64,000 nucleotides of DNA from contig MU054220.1 in assembly GCA_013239625.1 (NCBI GenBank), positions 4,403,374 to 4,467,373 of the forward strand, read 5' to 3'. The DNA comes from Lama guanicoe. Lineage: Eukaryota. The notes beneath the pieces are model-generated. The model saw nothing but the letters and a program-made list of their open reading frames with translations, was not told the origin of the DNA and did not search any database. Shown here piece after piece: positions 1 to 12,441 of the stretch (positions are counted from its first letter, which is position 1; every line of letters starts with the position of its first letter). A program made the position numbers and the translations under genes.

Positions 1-382
1 GAAACTGGCCACACAGTGGGTATTTACACTATGGGGATTGGCAAAAGCTACAGATCAGGGCCCACCCATCCCCAGGGCCAGTTGTTAAATACTGACCACA
101 CATCACCTAGTATTTATTTTCTCTGAGAGCAGGGACCCAGGCAGCAGGAGAGACTGAGGAGCGGAAGAGCCAGAAGAGATGAAGAAGCCGGATCAGAGTA
201 GGGAAGGCCAACAGGGCAGAGGAAGTGGTCCCCAAGGCATATCTGGAACCTGGGTCTCTGACTCCAGGGCCAGGGCCGCTGAGACCAGCAGGAGGCTTTT
301 GTGGGGGAAGTATTCTGGGGAATTCCAGACAAGACAGCCCCTCGGAGCTGGGGATGCCACCCAGAGGTGCACCGGGACTTAC

Positions 383-442
383 CCTCCTGGACAGCAGGTC
401 AAAGCAGAGTTTGTTCTCACTGGTGCCCAGGTTAATGATGCC
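383..442 (-). CDS. ACCS: ACCS coding exon 2 (60 nt, GIINLGTSENKLCFDLLSRR)
   Basis: Acceptor ctccag ends at 443 and donor gtaagt is at 382-377. Same length and phase as the paralogous ACCSL exon 19916-19975. Confidence 0.95.
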
Positions 443-3400
443 CTGGAGGTGAGAGGTACGGAGCCATGTGAGCGCGGCAGAGATGGCCAGTGAAGGTCTG
501 AGGAACATCGCAAGGCAGCAGAGCAGAGCTCTCTGCAATCCCACCCTTCCCACCACCCCTCCTGGCCTTTGCTCAAGCTGTGCCCTCCATGTAGCTCCCT
601 GATGCCATCTTCCCATTTCTAAAGCTCTGTTCAAATGCCATCTCTTCCAGGAAGCCTTCCTCAAAATTCCACCTGCAAAGGATCTTTTCTTCTTCTGGAC
701 CCCAAAGTGCTTTATCTGTACCCTGTTAGAGCAGTGGTCAGTTTCTGTCCCAGGTTACAGGGAGTAACATACAGGATTTATCACCCCTACTAGATGGGGA
801 GGTCCCTGAAGGCCAGATACACTCCCAAGACAACACTATATCTCTCAAGAGCATCAGTGGGACTCAATACATATTTATGGGATAAAAGAACGTACACGTA
901 AATTGGCGCTCTGGCAGGAACAGGAACAAGGGTGAGCGCAGAGCAAGAAGCCCTGTGCTGGTGGAAACACTCCCCGGGTGAGACCCAGGCAGCCTCATAC
1001 AGCATCCAGGTCCCCCCTCATAAGGCATTATTCTCATAGGCCAGGGATGGGGGAAGGCACAACTCAAACTGCCCCTTACAGAGTCCCCAGAGAGACTCAC
1101 ACACAGCTAATTCCTGACCCCTCAGTTATTGGCAAGGATGAAGAAGGAGAAAGGATGAAAAAATAGAACTTGAATGAGCTCAGGCTAAGACAAATAAAAG
1201 GCAGTGTCCCTTCACGTCCTGGGGAGCAAACTTATAGGATCCTCCACCCATAAGCAGTCCATCTGCAGATCCTGCCACTCCTACCTGAGCGGCATACGTG
1301 CACAGTCCAACCCCTTCTCCCCCTCCACTGCTAGGGCCCTGGCCCAAGCCGCCAGCACTTCTTGTCTACATTATCTCAATAGCTTCCCTCCTTCCTGTCC
1401 TGCTCACTCCCTCACCCCGACCCTCCCAGAGTCTAATCTCCACACAGCAGTCCCAGTCACCTTTTTAAAAAGAGAAATCAGATCATATTGCTCTTCCTTT
1501 GAACACTTTCCATCCCACTTAGTCTAAAATCAGAAGCCTCACCATGTCCTATCTGAGGTTACAGATTTATTATCACCCTGCCCCCATTACCTTTCTGACC
1601 TCATGCTGGTCTCCAGCCAGCAGCCCCTTTGCTGTCCCTTGAATTCATCAAGTACAGTTCTGCCCTGAGGCTTTTGCATTGGCTGTTCCCTCTGTCAGGA
1701 ATGCCCTTCCCCCAGATACCCACAGTGCTCACTCTCAGTACTACCCAGGCTCTGAGTTGGTCCCCAGTGCCCTCCACCTCCTGGTATTCACACCCTTGTA
1801 CAACCCCTTCTCCCTAAGTGTGAGTAGACCTAGTGACCTGCTTCTAATGGACAGAATCTGCAGTGTGATGGGCTGTCACTTCCAAAATTAGGTTAAAAGA
1901 GTCTGTGGATTCCATCTTGGGCACGGGTGACCTCTCATTCTCTCTTTCTCTCTTGGATTGCTTGCCTTAGGGGAAGCCAGCTGCCGTATCATGAGGCAGC
2001 CCGATGGAGGAGACCATGTGGTGAGGGACTAAGGCCTGCCAACAACTGTGTAAGTGAGCTTGAAGTAGACCACCCCCCACCCGCCAAGCCTTCAGATGAG
2101 ACCACAGCCCTGACTTCAGTGCACCTTCACAGAAGATCTTCAGATTAAATTCCCACCCAGATTCCTGAACAGCAGAAAATGTGAATTATTTGTTAAAGCA
2201 GCTAAGATCTGAGGTATTTTGTTACACAGCAAGAGCTAACACAATCCCTCACTTTTTTCAGGTCTCTGCTCCAATGTCACCATATTAAAGTGTCCTTCTG
2301 TGACCACCTCACATAAAATAGCAACAGTCTCTATCCTATTACTTTATCTTTCTCTCCCTCTCTTTTTTTTCTTAATTTTTTTATTTGTGGAGGGAGGGAG
2401 GTAACGAGGTTTATTTATTCAGTTATTTTTAGAGGAGGTACTGGGGATTGAACCCAGGACCTTATGCATGCTAAGTATGCACTCTACCACTTGAGCTATA
2501 CCCTCCCCCAACCCTGCTTTATTTTTCCCTACACTTATCACCACATAGTATACATATTATGTCTGTTCACTGTCTATCTCCCCCACTAGACTAATTTCCA
2601 TGAGGGCAGGAATTTTATTTTTGTACACTGCTGTAACCTGGGCACCTAGAACAGTGCCAGCCCCTGGTACCACTCAACAAATAAAGATTCTTACTGGGTT
2701 ATTCATGACTCTCTGCCCTCTGAAGGTATTACCAGTAATAAGTTGTAATAATTGGGGCAGGTGACGTTAATAATAACAGCAACGACCACCTACTAAATGC
2801 TCTGCAGGGAAGTACTGTACTAATAACTTGTATACCTGCTCTCATTTAGATGTGACAGTTCTATAGAGAAGGTTTCATTCCATTTCAGAAATGAACTGAG
2901 GTTTACAGAGGTTAAGTAATTAGCTCAAGAACACACAACCTGTAAAGCCAAACAGCTGTGACCGGAACCTTAGTTCTGTCCCAGCTCTAAAGTGGGATAG
3001 CTGACGAGCTGCGGATCAGAATCCATATAAGAGCATTCTACGGTTCTTGAACTCCTCCCTCACAAATCAAAGTCCCCTAAATTATAAATGGGTAGTTTTC
3101 TGATCCACGTAATAAACTGGGGCCTCTCTGAGCTCCATCAGATGTCCTCTTGGAGGTCAGAGGACCATAACTCCAACCTGACAATTGCAAGCTGGGTGCC
3201 GCCCTATTACCGGTCAAGGTAGGGCACACACCACCCCCCATCGCCACCACCAACCGCAGTGCTCCCTTGGGTCCCAGTGGGGATAGAGGCTTCACTCACG
3301 CCAGGGTTCTTATCCTCATCATACTCATCCATGTGGTAGGTCCGGTAGCCCTGCTCAGCTGAATCCCAGAACCATTTAATGATGCTTCCTCTAGAGGACA

Positions 3401-3584
3401 AGTGGGGACTGTCGGAGGAGAACATGGCAGTGGGATCACCCACGCCATAGAGCAGCTTCTGGTCTGGTTTTCTGGAGGCTTCTCTTTCCAGACCATCCCC
3501 ATAGATACTATGCAGGCCTCGTGTGGAGACTGAACCCGGACAGGTGGTAGGTGTCCTGGATTCCTTCTGAGGAAGGGAGAACAT
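383..3584 (-). CDS. ACCS: ACCS (1-aminocyclopropane-1-carboxylate synthase homolog), 5' part: join(3584..3300, 442..383); gene continues beyond window start
   Basis: Spliced translation MFSLPQKESRTPTTC...LSSRGSIIKWFWDSAEQGYRTYHMDEYDEDKNPG|GIINLGTSENKLCFDLLSRR matches the mammalian ACCS N-terminus as recalled. Junctions are AG/GT and phase 0. It lies next to ACCSL in the same orientation, as in the known mammalian gene order. Confidence 0.95.
1745..2242 (+). mobile_element. MLT1-family (MaLR) solo LTR
   Basis: ggggaagccagctgcc-type internal motif, ccttcagatgagaccacagcc, and terminal ttgttacacagcaa...aaca. Confidence 0.8.
2363..2509 (-). mobile_element. tRNA-derived SINE, Vic-1-like (camelid)
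   Basis: Minus strand reads GGGGAGGGTATAGCTCAAGTGGTAGAGTGCATACTTAGCATGCATAAGGTCCTGGGTTCAATCCCCAGTACCTCC, with A and B boxes and an AT-rich tail. Similar copies at ~43000 and ~45400. Confidence 0.85.
3300..3584 (-). CDS. ACCS: ACCS coding exon 1 (285 nt, 95 codons)
   Basis: Acceptor ttttgcag is followed immediately by ATG at 3584. Donor gtgagt starts at 3299. Confidence 0.95.
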
Positions 3585-4479
3585 CTGCAAAAAGACAAAA
3601 GCACTCAACGCCTGATCTGATCAAGGGCTTTCCCACCAAATATCAAAAATGAATTGAGACTCCTGGGCTCCTCCCCCTTCTTTACCTGCCCCTTCCTGTA
3701 TGTTTATAAATCTATCTCTTCCTGTGTCCCTTACTAGTTGTAACCATGTGTGCAACCACTTCAAGGCATAGACTCTATTGTGGCTCTACAGCGTGGGGGC
3801 GGGGGGGAGCTGCACTCGCTTTTATATGACTTTAATAGATGCTTTAGCTTGTTTTACTTTAGTGGAAGTGTTTCATTCTGCAGCCTAAACAGGCGCCAGC
3901 ATTCTTTTCCATTCTTGCTGACCACAATTTCAAGAAGCCAAGTTAAAATTTTCTGACTTAAAGCAGAAAGAGCCTCAAGTCCAGGGGTCTTGTAGTGATA
4001 GATGTAAACGGGGTAAAGAATAGGACCAGATTATCCGCTGGTCTGGAGCAGGTGATGGGTGGGGACTGAGGGGAGGGAGGTGGGGTCTCCCCGAGTGCAG
4101 GGACCCCAGGCAGAGTCCAAGTTCCCACCCTTACCCCTGAAGGAGGGGAGGCATGGGGCTGGTCTCATCCTGTCCGTGGATGTCAAGTCCTCCACTTTCT
4201 AAGCCAGTTTCATCATCCGCACAGTGGGTATAACTGTAACTACCTCACAGGGTAGCAGTGAGGACATAAATATGTGAGTTAGTGTAAATCGCTGAGAACA
4301 AATCCTGGCTCATGGCCAAAGTTCAATAAACTATGTTATTATATCATTAACTCCTCGCCAACTTCCCCAACCCTGATACACAGGCCCCACATAACAGAAT
4401 GATGCGGGACCAACCAACGGCCTGGAAATCCAGGGGGCTCCCTCAGTTAAATTTTGTTCCACGAAATCTTTTCTGCCCC

Positions 4480-5410
4480 TCCCCACCCTTGCTGACCGGG
4501 CTCTCCGGAGCCTCCCCTCGGAGAGGCTCGCGGAAGGACAGTGGGGCGGCGGCGGGGTGGAGGTGGGGGCTGACCGGGCTCGGGCTCCGCGCGCTGTATG
4601 GGGACGAAGATCGGGGTCGGGGCATCCAGCCGGGCGCCGGGAGCCCACAGCCCGGCACCCGCGCGGCCAGGCCTCGGCGATCCTCAAGAGGGCGGACTGG
4701 GCGGGCGGCGAAGCGCAAGGCCTCTGCAGGGCGGCGGGCGCCTCGCGGGCGCTGGCTTCAGGTCTCGGAGAGGAGGAAGTGCGAGTCCGGGCCGAGGGCT
4801 TCGAGACGGAAGGGCCGGGGCTTCTGCAGCGAGGCCTCGAGCCCGGGCAGGAGAGAACCCACAGGGCCTGCGCCGCAGAGCGGGGATCGCACCTACTTGC
4901 GGAGCTGGAGGAGCCGGAGCCGGCGCCGGCGCTCCGGGGACGCGCGTTCTGTGTCGAGCCCTCGCCTGGACTCGCCCGCCGGCGCTGTGCGCGGGGCACC
5001 CGGGCCCGGGCAGCTGCACTCGGACCGCGGGGCCTTCCCCGCCCGGTCTGGCTCCTCGGACGGTTCCGGGCGCAGTTCGCCAACTCCAGGCCGTGGGGCG
5101 CCCGGGTGTGTCTGCGCGCAGGCGGTGCCCACGCAGCCCCTCCGCGGAGTCGGGGCTTCCCCGACCCTCCCTCCCTGTGCCCGGTCCCCGGCCACTGGCC
5201 GCCCAAGCGGGAGGGGAAGCCGGGGAAGGGGCTCGGGGTCAGAAGACAGCCAGGAAGGGGCGGGCCGCCCGCTGCCACCTCAGCGCTCTACGGCCTGAGC
5301 GCACAGGCCGCCTTCCCGCCCCTGGCACGTGGGGGCGCCTCCCTCTTCCTCTCAGCCTTAATTTCCCCGTTGGAAGGCCGAGTCACTGAGGTTTCTGAGC
5401 AAACTTTTGC
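4480..5410 (-). promoter_or_regulatory. ACCS: CpG island; ACCS promoter and probable non-coding exon 1
   Basis: Very GC- and CpG-dense, with GC boxes and an E-box CACGTG near 5326. It lies about 1-1.8 kb upstream of an ACCS exon that begins with a splice acceptor. Candidate minus-strand donors are at 4896 (caa|gtaggt) and 4892 (tag|gtgcga). Confidence 0.85.
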
Positions 5411-5993
5411 CGGCTTGTAGCCCATGGATAAGCCTTTTCGGATTAAGGTGAGAGCATCCTTAAAACTTCCGTCCCCTATGAGGGTTTTTGACCCGAGTTT
5501 GTAATTTCTCCTCCTTTGTTTCTGCAGAACATTTGTTGAACTCTGCCCACATTCCGGGATTCTGGCAGTGAGTTAGACTACCCAGGTCCCAGGCCCAAGC
5601 AGAACCTTGAGTAGGAAGTCTCCTTTTCCCAAGAAAAGAAGTAAGCAGGATCCGTCCATACAGGTACGGCTGGGAAGATTTGGCTGTCCTCAGATCACTC
5701 CACTTCTTGTCTTCACTTTGGCCTTGCCACTAACGTCGTGACCTTGAGCAGCTCTCACGCCTTTTTGGTCCTCTGTGTGATGTAAAATAAGCCAGTTTTC
5801 TCCATTTAAGACATATCATTCTGTTTAATTCAGATAAGCAGTCTCATTGAGTGCCTGACTTGTGCAAGATCTCTGCTAAGTGCTGTGATACAATGATGAG
5901 CAAAACAGTGGGCCTGCACAGGTCACCGGGGAGGCCGACCCTGAGGACACATAAGGATTACTGGGTGCATGGAAGCTTGCAGCAGGAGATTTA

Positions 5994-6000
<7 letters not shown>

Positions 6001-6042
<42 letters not shown>
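6001..6042. repeat. (AC)21 microsatellite
   Basis: Seen directly in sequence. Confidence 0.98.
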
Positions 6043-6044
<2 letters not shown>

Positions 6045-6704
6045 CACATACAAAGTCCTACACACACATTCATTCACCCTCAGCACTTAGGAAGTCATGG
6101 CTGAGTCCTAATCAGCTGGCTGGAGGGTGGGGTGTTGGAAACAGAAGGAAGGGCCTTGATAAGGGCCTTCCAGGTTAGAGTCACTGTGGAACATTAACAA
6201 ACTGCAATAAACCCAATACCGCTGGAGCTTGCAGGGTTTGGGAGAAAGGCTGGCAAGAGAAGCAGGGTTTGGGTCATGAATCTTTATAAATAAACCATGA
6301 TGATGATGATAATGCAGACTGTGGAATTCTCACTGAGGGCATTGGATATATATATTGTAATCTCCACAGCAAACAATGCTTTAAAAAATCAAAAGGTATA
6401 ACTAAGAAGCCAAAAGAGGCATTCAAATGGAATACTAAATAATGCTTGATTAATTCTAAAGGCAGGCAGAAAGGAAAAAAATGAATAAAGAGCAGATGGC
6501 ACAAATAGAAAACAAGATAATTGACTTAAATCCAACCATACCAATAATTACATTCAATGTAATGACTAAGGACCAGTTAAAAGATCATCAGGCTGGATAA
6601 AATAGTAAGATTAAGTATACGTTTTTGCAAGAAACCTGTTAAATGAAAAACTAAACTTAAAAGTAAAACTAGAAAAAATATATACCATGCAAATAATCAT
6701 AAGA

Positions 6705-7425
6705 AGATGGCTATGATCCAAAAGAAGCAAAAAAAATGTTGGCAAGGATATGGTGAAATTAAAACCCTTGTATACTGTTGGTAGGAATGTAAAATGGTAC
6801 AGCCACTGTGGAAAACATTATGATGGTACCTCAAAAAGTTAAAAATAGAATTACCATATGACCCAGGAATTGAACTTCTGGGTATATTCACAAAAGAATT
6901 GAAAGCAGAGTCTTGAAGAGAAATTTGTTCACCTATGTTCTTAGCAGAATTATTATCTACCACTAAAATGTGGAGGCAACCCAAGTGTCCATCAACAGAT
7001 GAATGGATAAGCAAAATGTTGTATATACATACAATGAAATATTATTCAGCCTTAAAAAAGAATGAATTCTGACACATCTATAACATGGATGAACTCTGAG
7101 GACATTATGCTAAATGAAATAAGCCAGTCACAAAAAGACAAATACTGTATAATTTCACTTATATGAGGTACTTAGAGTAGTCAAAAATCATAGGGACAGA
7201 AAGTATAATGGTGGTTGTCAGGAGCTAGGAAAGGGGATAATGAGAAGTTATTATTTAACAGGCACAGATTTTCAGTTTTACAAGATGAAAAAGAGTAATG
7301 GGGATGGATGGTGTGAAGGCTGCACAACAGTGTTAATGTATTTAATACCACTGAACTGTACCCCCCAAAATAGTTAAGATGGTAAATTTTATATGTATTT
7401 TGACACATACATTCAAAAAACAAAA
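6705..7425 (+). mobile_element. Younger 5'-truncated L1 (L1MA/MB-like 3' end) nested in the older L1
   Basis: cagccactgtggaaaac...caacccaagtgtccatcaacagatgaatggata...gttaagatggtaaattttat, followed by an A tail. Confidence 0.85.
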
Positions 7426-9372
7426 GAATAAGATAGCTGAAGCATTCAATATCTGACATAGACTTCAAAACAAAAAGAATTACCAAAATTTAAAAGGACA
7501 TTTCATAATGACAAAATGATCAATTCATCAGGATGACAATTTTAAATGTTTGTACCCCTAGTAACAAAACTTCAAAATACATGAAGCAAAAACTGACAGA
7601 ACAAAAGGAGGAAATAGACAAATCAATAATTACAGTAGGAAAATTTACTGCCTCTATTTTAGTAATAGAATAGATCAAATGACAGCAAGGGCAGAAGACT
7701 TAAACATTATAAAACAATTTAACTTAATTGACATTTATAGAACATCAGACCCAATAACTGCAGAATATACTTTAAGTGCACATGAAACATTGACCAAAAC
7801 AGACCATATAGTTGGTCCTAACAAGGTCTCAGTTTCAAAGGACTGAAATTGTAGTTTATGCTTTCTAGTCACAATAGAACTAAAGTAACATTAACAAAGA
7901 CAGCTGAACAATCCCTAAATATTTTAAAACTAAATATTTGCTAAATGAATTGCAGCTAAAAAAGAAATCACAAGGGAAAGTAGAGTGATCATAAAAACCC
8001 AACTTATCAAAATTTATGGGATGTAGCTAAAGCAATGCTTAGAAAGAAATCAATAGCTTTAAATACTTCTATTTGGCAAAAAACAGCTTAAAACCATTGG
8101 TATAATCATCCGCATTAAAAAGCTAGAAAAAGAACAAATTAAACACAAAGTTAATAAAAGGAAATAAAGGTAAGAATAGAAATGAAACAGAAGAGAAACA
8201 AACAGAAAAATCAATGAAACTAAAAGCTGGGTCTTTGAAAAGATTAATACAATTGATAAACATTTACATGAACTGATCAAAAAATTGATTTCAATATCAG
8301 AAAAGAAAAAGGAGATAACATTATAGAACCTATAGGTATTAAAGAGATAATAAGGGAATGTTATACAAATTTTTATGTCAATAATTAGATGAAATGGACA
8401 AATTTTTTTAAAAGACACAAATAGCCAAAAGTGACATCAGAAATAGAAAATGTGAATAGCCCTATATCTGAAATTGAAAACAGAAGTAAAAATCTTCTGA
8501 CAAAGAAAAACTCCAGGTACAGATGGCTTTACTTGTGAATTTTACCAAACATTTAAAGATTTTTTTAAAATCAATTTGACACAAACTTTGAGAAAATTGA
8601 GAAGGAAAACACTTCCCAAAACATTTATGAGGTCACTATTACCCTGATGCCAAAAGCAACAATGCACTACAGAAAAGAAAGTTATAGCAGAATATCCTTC
8701 ATGAAAATATGATGCAAATTCTTAATATCAAGCCAAATCCAACAATATAAAAAAAGATGACACAACATGGCTATATGGGGCTTCTTGCAGGAGTATGATG
8801 TTGATTTAACATTTTTTTAAAAATCAGTATAATTTGCCACATTAATACTTAAGAGAATTATATTATCTCTAGAGGTACAGATAAAAACAGCTGACAAAAA
8901 CTGAACCCGCATTCATAGTAAAACTCTCCACAAACTAGGAATTGAAGGAAATTCTTCTACCTGGTAAAGGGCAGTATGAAAAATAGTTCCAGTAACATTA
9001 TACTTAAGAGTGGGAGACTGAGCACAATCCTGCTGAGATTGAGAACAAGACAAGAATGTCTTCTTTCTTTTATTCAACATTGCACTTGAGGTTCTAGGTC
9101 ATGCAATTAAAACAGAAAAATAAGAGACATAAAATATGAACACTGGAATTTGACACAACACTGTAAAATGATTATGAATCAATAAAAAATGTAAAAAAAA
9201 TTAAATAAATAAAAAATAAAATAAAACTGTTTTTATTGATAAAAAAATATGAAAAGAAAGAAGGAAAATCATCTTCATTCACAGGTAACATGGTTGTGTA
9301 CACTGAAAATTCAATGAAATCTCCCCAAAACTAGTAGGACTAATAAGTGAATTTAGCAAGGTCACAAGATAC

Positions 9373-9921
9373 TACCAGGAGATGATTCTTCCTGGGTCTT
9401 TCATGTTTCTGCCTGCCCTGGAAGCAGGGACCCTGACTGCCTTTGTTCTGACCTATACAGGATTATACACATGTGTATATATATATATATAAGTATGTGT
9501 GTACATGTGTGTATATATACATAGATGTACTGTGATCAACCCTGGATGACACCGATAGTGTTTGTCTCCAGAGCAAACGGTAGGTTTGTTTACTACTCAG
9601 CATAGTAAAGATAATGTTTCCCTTAGGGCCAAAGTTCAGGCAGGTTTACTGCTCATTTTAAAGGAATTGGGTTCCTTAAGCTTGGGTGTCCTCTCTGCAA
9701 CACACTCTATTGGATGTGCAGGCCTCACTTTGTCCTCTTCACTCCGCCTTATAGGAATCAGGATTTGGGGAACCAAAAGCTCATACTGATTTATTGCTAT
9801 TGCTGTGAGTAATAAACTGGCCTTTGTCTCTGACCTAGCATTTGCATGCCTTCCGCCAGCATCCATGAAACCTGTTATTTTGCAGGTAGGGTAGAACCTT
9901 GAGCCTTTAAAGTTCTTGACA
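9373..9921 (+). mobile_element. ERV1-class solo LTR (MER31/MER67-like)
   Basis: Internal aataaa followed by gtctctgacc...gccagcatccatgaaac...agttcttgaca end. It interrupts L1 sequence at a short gata duplication and contains a (TA/TG) simple repeat at ~9470-9520. Confidence 0.7.
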
Positions 9922-12266
9922 GATAAAAGATACAAATACATCAGCCACAACAAACTTAAAGGAAATTAATAATCTATTCATTTAAAATAACATGAAAGGC
10001 ATAACATAAAATAACATTACAATATCCATGTAATGGACTATTATGTGCTCATCATAATTCATGACTTCAAAAATATTTAATGTCATTGGGAAGTGTTCAT
10101 GTATTAAGTTATGTGAAAAGAGATACAAATTTGAATGTGCAATATGCTATGTAACACAAAATACAGGTACATAAATTAAAACATTAACACTATAACAACA
10201 TTGTAACAATATACCTGCTAGCAGTAGGATCGTAACTAATTTTAATTTTATTGCTTTGCTTTATTTCCTAAATTTGCTATTATGAGTATGTATTTCCTTT
10301 ACTATTATAAACTTATTAAAATGTTTTAAATTCCATTTTCCAAAAATAAAATAAAATAACATGCGAGGCATAATATAGTGATAAATTTATAAGATGTGTC
10401 TAAGACCTGTACACTGAAAGCTACAAGACCTTGCTGAGAGATACTAAAGACCTAAGTAAATGCAGGGAGATTCTGTGTTCCTGGATAGGAAAATATTCAC
10501 TTTTCCCCAATCAGCCACTTGAATCTTGAGTGGAACAGAAGAGAGAAATGGCCTGTCCCTTCCATGGAAGGTATCCTCTCTTCCTCCCAGGACAATGCCC
10601 ATGAGACTGTCTGTGAGCTCCCATAACAGAGATCCCAAGAGCATCTCTGGTTCCTATCTTCCCCTTCTCTTCTGCTCCCATGTGCTCCCTCACGCATCCA
10701 GTGAATTCCCTTTCTGTGTCTAGTAGTCAAGTCGATTTCTAAAGAAACTTGTCTGGTGTAATAAATCTTGAGGAATCAGGATTTGTTGGTACGCTGCAAA
10801 CCTGCCCAAGAGAGGGAGGGTGGTCACAAACCCAAGTGACTGATTGAAGCCATCAGAGGGCGAAACTGCTCTTTCGTCAGCTATAAAATGGTGCTAGTCC
10901 CTGCTCTGCCCATTTCACAGCATCAGTGCTCAGACTGAAGCTCACATGTGCAATGGCTTTGCTGAGCAAGAGATGAAAATGGAAGACCTCAGGCTTATCA
11001 CCAGAGATTCATCTTAAAAGCCTTTTGAAAAGGCAAGAATGGAAAGAACTCACATTTGGAAGCAGGAACATTTGGAATTACACCCCTACCCTGCCACTTA
11101 GCCACCCATGTGTAAGGTAGGTGTGACTGTGTAGGGATCCTCTGGGACACTGCATTTTCCCTTCCTCTCTGACCTGCTCCAGAAAGTACTCTTCACATAT
11201 AACCTGCTTTAGAATTTAAAAATTAAAAGGACCTCCCCCCAAATCATCTAGCTCCCAAAAGGTGATATAAAGAATGTGAATGAGAAATAAAACAGGCCTA
11301 CACAGCAGCTTGGCAAGAAAAATGACCTTGGTGTGCCCAGTGTTCATTATTGAAGCACAGACTTCTCTATCTTTTCAGGTTTTATGAGAGAGAGAGTGAT
11401 GACTTCCAAGAGCCTCAACCATGAAGGATCACCAGAGAGGCTGTGTGTAATCCAGACCGAGGCAGAAAAAGTATTATGAGGGATCAAGGAGAAGTAGCAA
11501 AAGCAGCGTGAGACTGGACAGTAAAAAAGGATAACGGTTCCCACCAGCAATCCTGATGTACAGACTTCCATCATTTGCACCCACAACCCTAGACTCTTAA
11601 AGATGAATTTCTCTCAAGAGCAAGCAGCTGTTTCGCCAAAGCTACATTGAGTTTATTTCTATAGGATAAGATTATTATGTGAAGAGTCTCTCTCTCCCCA
11701 AATTTCTGATTCTTTCCCTCTTGTTTTATTTTATTGGCCACAGCATCAAACCAAGTAAGCTTCTTCCAGCTCAACCCCATTATCTGCTTTGTCTATCCAT
11801 GCACACTTAAAGTTGCTCTTAAGAGGAGCTATATTTTTCTGTGGGAACAGATGAAATATAGTTTGTCATGAGAATCAGCGAGAACCATCTGGAATAGTTT
11901 CAGGGAGGACCAAATAAAACCCAATCAAATATGTTCGAGAAGCAAAAGAAGTTTAATGTGGCATTTTTATCCACTAATTTTAAAGGTTGAGTTGCCAGTG
12001 TTGATAGGGGCTTATCCTCTGAATATAATCATACAAGTATGCCATATATATTTGTAGGAGCAGGGTTTGTCATCACAAAAGACTGGAAATAACCTAAATG
12101 TCTCTCAGTAGGGAACTCGTTAAATAAATCAGTTTACCCACATAGTGGATGGATACTGTGCAGCTAATGAAAAAATAAAACAGGCCTGGAATTTAAGAGA
12201 ATATGGAATTTATTAGATATCGAATATAAAAACAAACCCATCTAAATAGGGACCCAGAGAGCTCCC

Positions 12267-12272
12267 TTTATT
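12267..12272 (-). terminator. ACCSL: ACCSL polyadenylation signal AATAAA
   Basis: First minus-strand AATAAA after the stop (~170 nt), followed by a GU/U-rich tract (gggtttgttttt). A second AATAAA lies at 12209-12214. Confidence 0.75.
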
Positions 12273-12441
12273 TCTCTCTGGGCTTTCCCACCTGAATCCC
12301 CATAAAAACATTTTGCACATGCACAATGGCTAGCAAAGACTAAAAAGATGCAAAGCTTCCAAAAAATGACAGATGCCTAGCTTAAGGAGGCTGATGATGA
12401 GAGTCAAATGAGCCCATTCCTGGAGCCCGCTGTTTGTTCAG

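Larger units (their letters stand above)
1240..2685 (+). mobile_element. L2 LINE 3' fragment, interrupted by an MLT1 LTR and a SINE
   Basis: L2-like phrases (ggctttgcattggctgttccctctg-type; ...cctagaacagtgcc...ctcaacaaata). Recognised by recall. Confidence 0.7.
6330..10500 (+). mobile_element. Old degenerate L1 (ORF2 region) carrying several nested insertions
   Basis: A-rich plus strand with L1 ORF2 phrases (aaaatcaatgaaactaaaagctgg, ccaggtacagatggctttac, gtacactgaaagctacaa). Many stops and frameshifts. Confidence 0.85.

Noticed and set aside
107..664. 185-aa ORF containing GIINLGTSENKLCFDLL
   Set aside because: Only 383-442 is exonic; the rest is read-through into ACCS introns.
4331..5420. 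Long overlapping ORFs (260-315 aa) on both strands
   Set aside because: Stop-codon scarcity in a CpG island. The translations are low-complexity R/G/P/A with no domain, and most start at GTG or TTG.
11355..11480. Plus-strand acceptor-like site followed by a 31-aa ORF (MRERVMTSKSL...)
   Set aside because: No recognisable protein similarity and no partner exons.
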